A stretch of DNA of 64,000 bases from Eledone cirrhosa (taxonomy: Eukaryota), in the NCBI GenBank assembly GCA_964016885.1, contig OZ024758.1:32426001-32490000 (forward strand), read 5' to 3'. This document shows positions 12,125 to 25,623 of the stretch, piece after piece. Made by a program: the position numbers and the translations under genes. The stretch's first letter is position 1. Every line of letters begins with the position of its first letter. The notes below the pieces were generated by a model. The model was not told where the DNA came from. It saw only the letters and a list, made by a program, of their open reading frames with translations, and ran no database searches.

Positions 12125-13143
12125 TTTGTTGCAATGACTTTGTATGTATGTATGTTGGCATGTTGGGTGACTTTGGACATCCTGCAGGACTAAAAAAAAA
12201 AACCTGTCAAAGGCCAAAGGAACTCTTAAGAGTTAATAGCCATCCAAAATCACCGGGAGAGATGACCCCTTAGCCTTTATCAAGGCAGAATTCTAGGAGA
12301 AGGAAAACTCTGATATAACACCTGCAACCCTGATGGTATCCAATGATGTTGACTTGTTGTTCTTTTTGGTAAATATCATCTTGGTTAAGAGAGTGGGACT
12401 GACTTTGTGCAGTGCCTTTGCTCACTATAAAAGCTTCATGGCACAGGCATTGCTTTATATCTGGAGATCTCTCTGCACTTGTCATCACATGGTACCAAGG
12501 GCCCAGCACTATGTGTCATTAATTGTTACAAGTGTAGTGTTTGTACCAGAGTTTTCAAGTCGCTGGCTGGACTAAAAAGTCACACTCGTTCAGCGCATTG
12601 GTAGGGGTTCTCCTACATGGATATGAAATAGTGGCCGTACTCGAAAACGAGTTGGCAGCCACCATGTATGTATGTATGTGTGTGTGTGTGTGTATGTATG
12701 TATGTGTGTGTGTGTATGTATGTATGTGTGTGTGTGTATTGATGGTTGCAAAACATACACATTCATCCAGAAGTTTCAAAATCAGCTAAATGAACGAACA
12801 TCTACATGTTAGGAAAGACGCATGATGAAGATAATGACACACACACACACATACATGAAATATAAGTATTGTATCAATGTACAATCTAACTTATTAATAA
12901 TCTTGAATAAATAAATGATGTAGTTTGAAGATTTTAATGCTGTTTTATATTAGGTTAAGGTTTATTGTTAGTAATTGAGAGCAAAGGTTTCAGCCGTTCA
13001 TAAACAATATCACCCCAACCTGAAGGGTGTCATGGATAAATCAAGTGGAGCCAATTAAGACTTTCTATTAGACATTTTGGAATTGTTATTCTAATATAAT
13101 ATAATTCAGAATATCTTTCAGATTGAGACACCATTTGACGACT

Positions 13144-13190
<47 letters not shown>

Positions 13191-13253
13191 GTCCCAAGGC
13201 TCTGATACCATCAACACTATACACACAGAGCTGGCATATCTAAGAACTGACTA

Positions 13254-13309
13254 ACTGCCTGATGAGTTCATAGCCATTCAATGGCTATCATCGAAATATA
13301 TATAGCAGT
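13254..13309 (+). ncRNA. Type I hammerhead ribozyme with palindromic stem III
   Basis: ACTGC-CTGATGA-GTTCATAGCCAT(TCA)ATGGCTATCATC-GAAA-TATATA-TA^GCAGT: complete core, 5-bp stem I; lies in a ~165-bp insert flanked by (TA)n. Confidence 0.85.
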
Positions 13310-13350
13310 AAATAAAGGATTATGAGTTCATGCAATTGACTTATGTTTCG

Positions 13351-13384
<34 letters not shown>

Positions 13385-13385
<1 letters not shown>

Positions 13386-13535
13386 ATCTAAGGCGGGTAA
13401 AATTCCCGAGATCCATGGACGAGTTCTCTCCAGCGGTCTCTGTCCCTCATTATCGCTGCCATGTCCTGTATCTCCAAGAGACCAGTGTCTGTCCTTAGGG
13501 CATCAACATACGTTAACCTTGGTCTTCCTCTTCTA
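13385..13535 (-). mobile_element. Short 3' fragment of a second RTE-clade LINE
   Basis: Minus translation [19 protein letters not shown]...MRDRDRWRELV. Confidence 0.7.
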
Positions 13536-13724
13536 GTGTAAATATATATATGTGTGTGTGTGTAAATATAAATATATATATATGTAAATATATATATATA
13601 TATATGTATGTAAATATATATATATATATATATATGTATGTAAATATATATATATATATATATTTATTAAAATATATATATATATTTATTAAAATATATA
13701 TGTATATATATATATATATGTATG

Positions 13725-13778
<54 letters not shown>

Positions 13779-13780
<2 letters not shown>

Positions 13781-15460
13781 CATCATCATTATCATCATTT
13801 TACATTCCCTGCTTGCAAGTGTGGGACGGGTCCTATTCAGCACAGCATCTCTCTACTTGTCACGGTCCTTCGTCATCTTCTCCGTGAGCTTCAGCGATCT
13901 GAGGTCTGCTCTCACCACCTGTGCCCATGTTTTCTGTGGTCTACCTCTACTACGTCTTCCTTCAACTGGCATTTGCTGGCACTTCTTCACCCATAGGTCA
14001 GTCTCCTCTCCCACACACCACAACTTATCCCTCTTATACAGTTTCTCTCTCAACTCATCCATGCTCGGTCGTTCACGCACATCCAATGGAGCATGCTTGC
14101 TTCATTTCTCTCCAGCCGTCGCATATCTTCTGCATTTACTACCCATGCCTCACTACCATGCAGCATTGCACACCTCTCACAGGCATCATATAACCGGCCT
14201 TTCGTACGCAGGCTCCCTAAACTTCTTCCAACCCATCCTTATTCTAGATACTATGGCCTCGGAACACCTGTCTCCCAGGCTAATCTGATCTCCTAGGTAC
14301 TGGAAGCTATCAACCACTTCTATAACACCTACCTGCATTTGAGAAATGGGTCTATCAATGCGACTTCTACTGTCTAATTTCCCTGTACATCTACTGCATA
14401 CGTATTTTTCCCTATCTGTTAGTTTGCTTGCTATCCCACTACATCTCTTGTGTACCCAAGATCTGCATTGTGTGCATTTTATAAAATTTATGCCAGTTCC
14501 TTTTCTGCATTTTGAACATGGCCATTGCTTTGATGACATCAGAGTTTTGTCCTCTCTTCTACTCATCAACACTTTTGTCTTAGCTAGGTTCACTCCCAGT
14601 CCTCTTGCTTCCAACTGCTGTTTCCATAGCCAGAATTTATGCTCTAGCTCCTCTACTGATTCTGCTATGAGAACCCTATCAAAGGCCTGCTCTAGGTCAA
14701 CAAAAGCTAAGTATAGTGGCTTATTCTTCTTTAAGAACCTCTCTTGTAGTTGTCTCACTAAGAAGAGGGCATCTGTTGTACTTTTCCCAGGCACAAAACC
14801 AAACTGCATCTCGTCTAGTTTGACCCTTTCTCTAATTAGTTGTGCTAATATCCTTTCTGCCACTTTCATAACCTGATCTCTCAGTTTTATACCCCTATAA
14901 TTGCTCCTCTCCAGAGCATCCCCTTTACCTTTGTAGCAATTTATGAGAATACTGCTGTACTAGTCTTTGGGTATGACACCGCCAGCGGCCTTACCATTTT
15001 TCATTTCCTTAATTGCCTCTTGGACCCTATATTCGTTAATCTCAATAGCTGGTCCCTCTGTCAGATCTACCAAGGGTAATTTCTCTCTCTCCCATTCGTT
15101 CTCTACATTCATCAGTCTCTCATAATGACATTTCCAGGCCTCCTTTTTCTGATCATTCGTGACACTAAGTACACCGGCATCATCCCGGACACATTTATCT
15201 CCAACAACATCCTGATTTGCATTGACACACTGCCTTGCAATGTGGAACACCGCACGCCTCTGATCTTCCCGTCGCAGAACATTGGGAAACCTCCTACTCT
15301 TAGCCTCTCTGCGTGCTAAGTACACCTGACGTCTAGCTTCTCTCTTAGCAGCTGTGTATCCTTCTCTACTCCCACCATTTTCCAAGCATTCCATACTAGT
15401 CTTTTGTCTCTAATGGCCTTATCTACTGTGCTGTTCCACCACATCACAGGTTGGAGCTCT
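13779..15460 (-). mobile_element. RTE LINE, 5'-truncated and internally deleted
   Basis: WWNSTVD, MKNGKAAG, MQFGFVPGKSTTDA, AFVDLEQAFDRV joined directly to LIAESVEEL (QG and YADD motifs missing), C4HC3 finger, GRPQKTW; (GAT)n tail next to (TA)n. Confidence 0.92.
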
Positions 15461-15499
15461 ACTTGTTTCTTCAGTATATTTAGTCGTTTTGGAAGCCTC

Positions 15500-16190
15500 A
15501 ACAATGCAGATGGGTAAATCTCCGGTTAACAGAATCAGGTGGTAATGAGAAAGATGTACGAGGAAGCGTAGAAGGAGACGTAGAGAGCGTAAAGGAACGT
15601 AGGAAAAGTGTAAAAAATAATAACACAAGATAGAGTTACCTTGGAAGCGATTTTATAGTCCCTATATTTCGGATTTCACATCCATCAACAGGGGGTTTTT
15701 ACGAGGGGGCAAAAGTTGTGTCGGAGAAGGACAACACATGGCCTTCGTTGTTTACCATGAGCGTACAACTGAAATACTCTATTGGGCACGTGTGCGTGAG
15801 AAATTGTTGTGCGGAATTGTCAGGTAAAGTTCAAAGCAGTTCTTCTATACTAGAGTAGTGGGGTGGTGGTAGTGGATTTGCGTGTACATATCATCCCTGT
15901 CAAATCCTTGTCAGTGGTAGGCATGGTGATAGTAGTCTGCCTGCACATTGTCGGTCAGTGCGTGGTGGACATGATATACACCAAATAACAATTGCTCGAT
16001 TGTCACTGTGTGTGTGTGTTCCATTTATTTACACCAGCCATCTTGTCTTACTTCTCTCGGATCGATTATTAATTCGTGGTCCAAGACGTTTGATCCAGAG
16101 TGCCTCCTTGATCCTTAAAGTGCCGACATCGCATCCTGTCGCTAACACTGTGACAATAGACCTTCTGTCTTTGTCTCTGCATTTGGTTAT
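15500..16190 (-). mobile_element. Penelope-like element 3' end (GIY-YIG C-terminus plus tail)
   Basis: Minus ORF LRIKEALWIKRLGPRINNRSE matches the PLE EA-x-x-I...P-x-IN motif; HHR downstream. Confidence 0.75.
15660..15694 (-). ncRNA. Minimal hammerhead with A6U substitution
   Basis: Minus strand CCC-CTGTTGA-T-GGAT(GTGAA)ATCC-GAAA-TA-TA^GGG. Confidence 0.65.
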
Positions 16191-18039
16191 GTGTATGTTA
16201 ATGTATATATATACATAAACATACACATATTACTTATATGCATGTAAGTAAAAATGTACATGCGTTTCCTATGTTTGTGTGGGTCACGTGTCCCTTCATT
16301 ATCAGAAATATTATTATTTAGTAGCAATTTTTTATCTGATGCATTTTTATGTGGAAAATAGAGAGAGATTCAAAATTGAGCAGGTCTTAAGAAATAATGA
16401 TCACACAATAGAAACAAGTTGAAGCAGATGGCCATGCAGAAGGTTACAGTCAATGCAAAAGGTGAAACCTAAGCGGAGTACCAGGAAGGTAGGTAGATAG
16501 GTGGTCATGCACATATTTTTCTCAGAAAACATGTATTACAATAGGGTCCAAAAATTTGCAAACAAAAAGGATTTAAAAAAAATTTACTGCACTCTCTTCA
16601 CCCTTTTGTTACCAACCCAGCCAAAACTGGATCTGGTTCTATGAAATAAAACCCTCATTTTAAAGGTTTCCAATTTAAATTAAAATTTCCAACATAATTT
16701 TATATATAAAAAAAACTTACATTGATTTACTATGTTAGTAATGAAATAATTAATAATTCAAGTAAATCCCTCAAAATTTTTCATAAATTAATTAGATAGT
16801 ATATATTTCATTAGAAATACAGTCATGAAAGGGTTAAACTATTTGAATTAGAACTAGGTTGTATTTAGAAAGAGAATAATTCAAGTAAAATTTTAAAATA
16901 TTTTAGAAGAGTTATAGTCGTTGTTTTCATTAGTTAAACAGTTTACTGTTTTTATATTCCTGAAACATACTTTCAGTCATAAAATAGTAGATTCTGAGAA
17001 AATCTGTGATGGTTTACATTGGCAAAAAACTGATACCAGCTATTGAAATAGTGGAATTAATTTGATACCTAGAGGAAGAAAAGAAATCTAATGTTTCAGG
17101 AACATTCCAGTTGATTCAGGTTTTGAAAATGTGCGCCAGTGATTATTATATGTTTAAGTTATAATATTTCAATGTGTTATACATTGACTTTGCACATCTA
17201 AATATTAAACTTACTCAGTATGAAGATTTGTTTTGCATTTGAGTGTATCTAGTTCACTTGTAAAAATCCATACAGAATGTATTTCTGTTTAATCTAATAT
17301 CCAAATAGATATTGTTCTCTCTTTATCTTCAAAACTATTCAAAGATAATTTTGAATTCTCAGAGTAAAGAGTTCAGAGATACACTCTTAGATTATTAACT
17401 GACAATTCAAGTGTTATTAATTGTTACATTTGGTTCTTTGCCATACTGTACTTACTTTTACAACAGATATTGACATTTCGAAATGGTATAAACAGTCATG
17501 GAAAATTTCTCCTTAAGTGCCACTGGCAATGATCAAATTTCATAGGTCATCAACAACATGTTGTTTGTCAAAGTATACCATCCCTAAACTTTTATTAACT
17601 CTTAACATCCTGTAATGATTTAGTAGATAATATCTAAGAACTGGTTTGTTAATTCAAATGCTTATAGAATGACAGACACACATCTCTGTACACACATGTA
17701 AATAAATACAGCCTGAGTAGAGTTGTTCTTTATTTATCGAATTCAAAAGGATGAAAGGCAAAGTTAACCTCAGTGGGATTGGAACTCACAAAGCATTGAT
17801 TTAGAACAAATACAAAGGTTTTTTAATCAGATACCCTAACGACTCTGCCAATTTGCTGCCTAATTTGGTATTCTCTGACCTAGCATCATCTCAAGACTGA
17901 AGAAACCTGGTTAATTAAATCTTCAGCATTTAACTGCTACTTTATTTAATCAAGTCCAGAAGGATAATAAAAGGCAAAGTTGACCTCTGCAGGATTTAAA
18001 CTCAAAATGTAAAAGGTTGGAATATATATATAATAATTC

Positions 18040-18354
18040 CGTTCTGAGTTCAAATCCCACCAAGGTTAGCTTTGCCTTTCATCCTTACAGGGTCGATAAA
18101 ATAAAGTACCAGTAATGTACTGGGGTAATTGCTGGCCTTGTGCCAAAAATAGAAACAATTATTTTATATTTACTATTATGTTTTCACAGTAAACATTTTA
18201 CCTCACATAATATCGAATCTATGAGATTTTGATATCATTTATTTTGAGAACAATACCTTAATATCAATATGAGTGGCTGGTTGGTTACAGTCGGTTTAAA
18301 TAGAAAGAGGTGAGACAATTCTAGCCAGATATGTCCGGTTTAAATGCTAAAGGG
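18040..18354. mobile_element. Family B SINE fragment joined to a TTAA MITE half
   Basis: B box and central block 18040-18160, then MITE body ending AATGCTAAAGGG-TTAA. Confidence 0.7.
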
Positions 18355-20729
18355 TTAATAATCCCTTGACGCAGCTGCATTTTTTATGAACCCACCTAAT
18401 ACATATTGTCCCTTTATATTCCAACACTCTTCCTGTACACAGCGACCATCTTGTAGTTTTCCATCTCACCACATGCTTTACTATTTGCCAATCTACTGCT
18501 TGGATATTAACAATATTATAAATAACAAAATAAGTAACTAAATTTCTATCAATTTATTATCATAATTTGTTGGTGAAGTTAGAACATATTGTTACATGCA
18601 AATTAAAATTATTTGACATGTGATGATCAGATAATTTATTAACTCAATAATTGATATTGGTGAGAGCAGTAATCTTCTCACTACTAACAGAAGTTAGTCA
18701 CCAAAATTCCATTATAATCTATTTTCTAGGGACCAGCCCCACCACCACATCTGTAACCAGCTAAAATCTATTTTCAATTGATTAATTGATTAATCTATTT
18801 TGATGTGCACTTCTATTGTTAATAATCATCATTCACTGACTGTTGTCCCTGTGAGCAAGGGTTGGACAAGTTTTCACAGATTGATTCAGTACTCAAGCAG
18901 GGTTACTGAAAGATTACATCTGGCTTACATGCAATTCCACACTTTACTAACTGTGTTTTATCTTAACATCAGCACTAGCGAAGTTGTTATGTCTTTGACA
19001 AAGCTGAAAAGTCATCCTGACCTTTTGTTTGATATGCTTTCTATGGCTGAATGCCCTTCCTATCACCAACCACTTTACAGGGTGTACTGGGCGTGTTTAT
19101 TGTGTAGATCACCAACACTAGAGAGGTTGTCTTACCTTTGACAGGTCTATTTTGTGAGCTGGCCATTATATACAAATTTAGTATTAAGCTACTAGAAGAT
19201 AACCTCTGAGAGATGTTTGTGACTAAGTTTCAAATTTTAGTTGAAGCAAATTAACATTATATAATGTCATTCCTCTCATCTATAAAATCTATGGCTCTGA
19301 ACCTAAGTAAGACATTAAATAACTTGCAATAGTGTATGGAAAAATCAAACATTTGAACATTTTACTTGACTTTAACCCTATTATGTAGACCTTCAAAAAT
19401 GGAGATTAACAGATAATCTCTTTAAAAATGCCTAATTCCTATAAAAGTTAAGGATTTATTCTCTTTCATGTGTTGTCATACACACTCACACATACAGATT
19501 TTATTAATGAAGTCATATATTTAAATACTTCAACTTAAGATGTCTTTCTGTTAAACCTTTTCATTTGCACACATAGTATTCTTTTTTAATTGTACTTCAG
19601 CACAAACCTATAATTGTTCCATATTTATATGAAAAGATTAGAATAATAAAATAGGAAGATTCCTCATTTAAAAGAAATAAAAAAAACAAAATATATAATC
19701 TTTAAAATAATTTCTCTTGAAATTTAAATAAAATTATCTTTACATGTTTAAATGAAAATCTTCGATTTGAAAGAGCTAATTATTAATGTTATTGATTAAT
19801 CAAATGGAAATCCTTGTAAATCAAATGGAAATCCTTGTAAATTAAAACTGATTGTATTCAAAATTTCAAATCAAAAGATTGCAACATTTCCATCCTGTTT
19901 ACTATTAGAGGAGATATTACAAATAAATGTTATTTTATTAAATGATATTTTGAGGAGAACTATGATCCTTTAGCAGAAAGAGATAGCATAGGGTTGAAAG
20001 AATTTCTTGCTTTTCTTACTCTCATCTATCTTTCTATTTTTCTACCGCTTATTCTATCTTTTGATGAAGGACTATTGTCAAAAACATTAAGACCCTTATA
20101 TCAAACTAATATATATAATCCTTGTACTGTATTTTGTGGTTTTCCTTGTTAACTTTTTGTATAAATGTATCGAATGATAATTTAGTTATGTATTTGTTTG
20201 ATAACAATGAATGAATGAGAACATTGTTAACTTCAAAATACACCTGCTATGATATTTTTTAATAATGGTAGTTTCAAATTTATTCAAAACTTACAATTAT
20301 CAAAGTATCAATTAATTACTAGGAGAACATTTTAAAAATCAAGTATAGAAAAAAATGTTTCTTCAGGAGTGCAGTAGATTGAAGAGAAAGTCAGAACGAG
20401 GACCAGAAGAACCAAATAAACCAATAAGGAAATATGGCATGCGATAGTTTAGAGACAAAAGTACAAAAGATAGCCATTTGTTTTTCAACCACAGAAACAC
20501 TTTTCTAATGCAAATCTTCCTGAGAAGAATATTTTAAAGAAATGTAAACTTAAGATATTACTAAATTACAATTACTTTAGCTTTGAGCCTTTTACAGTTT
20601 ATACTTGTCCACCTTTTCAGTCTCCAAGGATACTTTATCCAATTTTCTCAACTATTATTTCTATGGATTACCTATTATAATTATAGTCATTTGCGTTGGG
20701 ATGACTACATTTGAAATTTTCCAAATGGA

Positions 20730-20760
<31 letters not shown>

Positions 20761-20832
20761 CCAGTCAACTGGATGTTTATATATATATATATATAAACAT
20801 CCATATATATATATATAGTAATAATAAAAATT

Positions 20833-21090
20833 TGAAGACTAAAATCCAAAGAGGGCTCGATAAGGATAAATATATATCAAATATATAAGAACCGTTGAGC
20901 AAATATTTCTTTGCCAGGGAACGTTTCCACGAACCAAAGTATCGTCTTCCTGTCTTCCTCCGGTTGCAACGTTTTTTGAAATATCCACTTCTGCATTTAC
21001 AGATTGACTTTGTTAGTTTCAGAAGATCTCGTTAAGGGTGAAAGCAGCAATTCTTTGCTTAAACTTTAATCTGTTATTTTAATAAATATA
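20833..21090. repeat. Unfolded relative of the 5427-5577 hairpin element, in (TA)n
   Basis: Shares GAAGACTAAAATCC..GAGGGCTCGATAAGG and GTTTCAGAAGATC..TAAGGGTGAAAGCAGC..TTCTT blocks. Confidence 0.7.
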
Positions 21091-21172
21091 TATATATATA
21101 TATATATGAGATTCGTGATGATTTCTCAAGAATGAAACAGTTCTAGTCCTGTAGAATCACATCTATATTAAA

Positions 21173-21205
<33 letters not shown>

Positions 21206-22051
21206 TATATACAACTTGCAAGCAGGGAAAAGCGGACGTAAAATGATGATGATGATATATATATGTATAAATATATCGACATCGATCAACTTTTGTCAAA
21301 TCAGACTGGGGAAACAATGTTTCCATTGGTCTTTCCAATTGCTAATACTATTTATTGGTTGCAACTCCAGGTAGAAGGAACAACATGAAATAAAGTGTCT
21401 TGCTCAAGGATATAATGCATCGCCCGGTCCAGGAATCAAACTCACAACCTATATATATATATATATATATATTAATAATAATGTATACTGTACTGTGGAC
21501 TACATTGTAGAATTATTTACTTAGTTGTTTTGCATATTTTCTGTGAAAGTAAACCACAGATTTCTAGAAATGCTAAAGATCTTCACTTTTAAATAAGGTT
21601 CTATTAAAACCAAATGCAAATGTCTATGTAGAAGCGGGAGGGAGAGAAATTTTTTTTATTATTTTAGATACAAATGTGAGCCATTATTCTTCTCCAAAAC
21701 TATCATTACAAATAATTACTTTTGTATATATATATGGTCTGGGCAATAATACACACAATATTACTGGTATACCTTATATGGAACACAGAATATTCCAATT
21801 TTCCATAATAAAATTGTAAATAAAAGTGAGTTTAATAATAAAATAAACAGTTGAAAAAAATCATGACAAAAGAAACATATTGTTAGATTGGAAGAAGGTA
21901 AAGGGGTATGTAAAATAGTTTTAATCAAACCACACACTTCCTTAGTAGAGAGTTATAGTAGTTCCCAAAGTTAGTGGGTAATGAATGTTCGTTGATTGTA
22001 GAAAAGAAGAGGTATGAGAGGCATGCAAATACCAGTACAAATTAAGCCAAC

Positions 22052-22135
22052 CTTTCACGGTCATCTTTCTCCAAACCAGTCAGATTGTAATAAGCAAAAT
22101 TTCTCCTCAGAATGGTGGGTTTTCTCTCAACATGT
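22052..22135 (-). CDS. SLC4A2: SLC4 anion exchanger (AE2-like), coding exon 9 of those found
   Basis: ttatttcag|A CAT GTT...GAA AG|gttgg; phase 2-2; extends LLLKH into K-HVERKPTILRRNFAYYNL, similar to AE2 HSH...FPRNISAGSL. Confidence 0.75.
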
Positions 22136-22168
22136 CTGAAATAAGGAGTCGTGGCAACACAGTGATTA

Positions 22169-22986
22169 TCTTTATATATATAAAAGCGAGGATGTGTGTG
22201 TGTCTGTGTACAACTTTGCATGCATAAGGCTTTCACAATTACCAACTGAATTTGACCAAATTTTCTGTGCACGTTGCACAGGTCGCTAAGATTGTCACGT
22301 CACAAACATTTTTCAAATTGACCCACGTTGAGCAATAAAAAATCGATTTCAAAATCATCGGTAGAAAAATTGATGTAAGGGAGATAACAAACTTTATTGA
22401 CAATCCTTATAAAAAAGGGAGATAACCTTTTCACCAAATATGCCCCATAAAAGAAAGTATGCACATATTGGCTATCTGTCGAAGAAAAAGAATCATCTAT
22501 CCTGAAGTGCTTTAGTGTTAACAAAAAAACTTATTACAGCTCTGCCTTGACTTCACCTTACTCATTACAAAACATACCAATGAATATGTCATGCAGGATA
22601 TTTTGGATTATAAGTTAAAAATTTAACCATACACAGCAAAGGATGCTCTCAAAGAATAGATTTTCTCTTATTCTACTCTCATTGTTTTTTTGTTTGTATA
22701 CAACTCTGCTTTCATTACAACTTTTTGTACTTTAGCAAAACTGCCTGTTTTTTTTATAGATTTGCGACTTGTATTGTCTTTAATCATTTGTATAACTACA
22801 TCCTGTTCAGTGTTTTCCTTCATTATCAACATAGTTTTATGTGTACAAAGATTGCACTAAATATTCGTTTGCATTAATTATTGAAGACTTCTGCTTATTT
22901 TGACAAATAATGTTCTTCTTTTATTTCCTAGCTGTATATTCTTAGCATAATTTCAAACCCCGAGCAATGCCGGGTAAATCTGCTAG
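22169..22986 (+). mobile_element. Non-autonomous Helitron
   Basis: A|TC 5' end, 3' hairpin CCCGAGCAATGCCGGG (22959-22974), CTAG|T end, no TSD. Confidence 0.8.
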
Positions 22987-24419
22987 TTATTAATAAAGCA
23001 AATAAGCTGGTCCTCAATTGGAATCTTAATGAGAGTGAGAGACCATTTGGTATGAAGGCTAAAGTTGTACTATTTAGCAAATCAAACAAAAACTTTCAAC
23101 ATTTTTTGTAAAGCATTATTGGAAATTCTAATGTGACTTAATCAATATTTGTGATTTCTCTTAGTAGTTGATGAAAGAGAATTTATGCATATGCATGTAT
23201 ATGTGCATATGTGCACATACATATTATCTCTCCAACAATAAAAATAAAATGATTAACTGCATTAGAGATATATTTGTCTGAAAATGCAAATTTCAACCAA
23301 ATATTAATCAATTTATGATATAGATACTTATGATGAATTACTAATAATTCATTGATCAAAATCAAGATTTCTTTTTGTTTTAACATCCTTCCCTATCCAA
23401 AAATAAGGCCATAGAGATATAAGCTCTTCCTTAATTTAGATACAGCATATTTGAACAAAAGCTGGAATATATATTCCATGTTTCTCTAGAGAGAAAAAAA
23501 AGTACAAAGACATCAATGTTTGTGAAACAGCAATTTTTGTAGCAAAACTAAATTCCTGTTTATTATGTTTTTTCTTATCAGGAAATCTATAACTGTTCAT
23601 TTCCTGGCAAATAACAATGAAATGAGAAAGGAAGGTAACAAGAAAAATATGAATAAAAAATATTCTGCTAGTGATGAAATAATGGTTTCTGATTTAGGCA
23701 AAAGACCAACAATTTGGAGGAAAGGAAAAGTTGATTAAATTGAGACCAGTGTGTTACTGGTACTTTATTTTATCAACCCCGTAAGGATGAAAGGCAACGC
23801 TAACCTCGGCAGGATTTGCAATCGGAATGTAAAGGGCTGTAACTCTATGCCACAAACCTTGTTGACTGATGCTCTAACAATTCTGCCAAACTATTGCCCT
23901 TACTAGTGATGAAATAATAAAGAAGAAATAAGTCTTCTAAATTTGTTCACACTGGCTAGAATAAAAGTGAGCTCTCTTTCTCTCTCAACATAAAAACAAA
24001 TGAACAATAATTTCTCTCAACATCAAAAATAGACGGGAAATAAACAAGAAAACTGCCAACTTTCACAAATTTATCATTCTTATTACTGATAAACATTCAT
24101 TAGAATGACACCAGAGAGGAACTACTCCAAATTATTACCAGCTTCAAGAATTTTGACTAAAATGAATATCTTGCTTAACGTCCATCTTCCACGCTAGCAT
24201 GAGCTGGACAGTTTTGTCCCACATGAGGTGAGATTGGTCGGTAGACCATGTCTCCCTCATACAGAACTGTTCCTGGCAGGTTTTCTACGGTTGGATGCCC
24301 TTCCTAACACCAACCACATTTACAGTGTGTACTGGGAGGCTTTTTACCGTGTCTCCTCCACGACTACTTTATAGTGTAGACTGGGTGCTTTTTCTACTCT
24401 GGAATCTACATATATATAT

Positions 24420-24900
24420 ATCATCATCATCATCATCATTTTATTTTACACCCACTTTTCCCTGGTTGCAAGGGTGGGACGGGTTCTTTTCAGCATGGCA
24501 TCTCTTCATTCGCCACGGTCCTTTGTCATCTCCTCTGTGATTTTAAGCGATCTGAGGTCTGCTCTCACCACCTCCGCCCGTGATTTTCGTGGTCTTCCTT
24601 CCACTAGGATTTCTTGGCACTTCTTTACCCAGCGGTCATCCTCCATGCAGATCACATGTTCATACCAGCGCAGTCTTCTCTCCCACACACTGCAGTTTAT
24701 CCCTCTTATATACAGTTTCTCTCTCAACTCGTCTATGCTTGGTCGTTCACACACATTGACATTGCACATCCAACAGAGCATGCTTGCTTCATTTCTCTCT
24801 AGCCGTCGCATATCCTCCACAGTTGCTGCCCATGTCTCACTGCCATGCAGCATCGAGCATCTCACACAGGCATCAGATAACCAGTCCTTCATTCGTAGTT
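24420..24900 (-). mobile_element. RTE LINE 3' fragment
   Basis: MLHGSETWA...RLRWYEHV...GRPRKS...DRGE; same family as 13779-15460; (GAT)n tail. Confidence 0.85.
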
Positions 24901-25623
24901 TTGATCTGTATCGATCTAGCCTGACTCTGCATAGCAGATCCACTGATTAGCCAGATTTGTATTTCAGCAGACAGGCCAGTCAGTTTCCTGTATACGAATG
25001 AATGTACCACGCAAAAATGTGTGATCAGAAATATTTCTGCATTCCTGGGTCTTCAAATAATTGTTTCTGATTTAGGCACAAGGCCAGCAATTTTGGGAGA
25101 AAGGAATGTCAATTAAATCAACCCCAGTGCATTACTGGTACTTTAATTCATCAAACCCATAAGGATGAAAAGCAAAGTTAACCTCAATGGGGTTTGAACT
25201 GAGAATGTAAAGAGCCTGAATAAATGCCACAAGCATTTTACCCAATGCTGTAACGATTCTGCCAATCCAAGGGTTTTCCTGGTTCTTTAAATAATGTTTG
25301 CTTTTTTTTTTAAACATGAAATTTAAAGAGACATTGATCCATGTTTGGAATCTAGATTGATGTGTATGTTTCGACTAGACTTGCTATTTCCTGGCTAAAC
25401 AAATACTTTAAGGAAGTGGCATAATCTCATTATTTAAGAGAGAAAACTATTAAAAGAAAACTATTTGTTAGCAAATGAAACTTAGTATTTGTGAAAGTTC
25501 GAAATAAATATATTGTAAAGAAAAGAACATTTAGAAAGTGGAGAGCAGAGTCTGAAAATTGAATTAGAAGACTTAGCTATAACTTTCACTAAATAAAATA
25601 GTCCAATAATATCAGGATATATA

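Noticed and set aside
20062-20095. TTGATGA-AGGAC(TATT)GTCA-AAAA-CATTA (and similar at ~31523) as functional ribozymes
   Set aside because: Core boxes are mutated; counted only as traces.
20615-20661. Possible next SLC4 exon (LRKLDKVSLETEKVD)
   Set aside because: No polypyrimidine tract, phase incompatible with exon 9, no recognisable homology.
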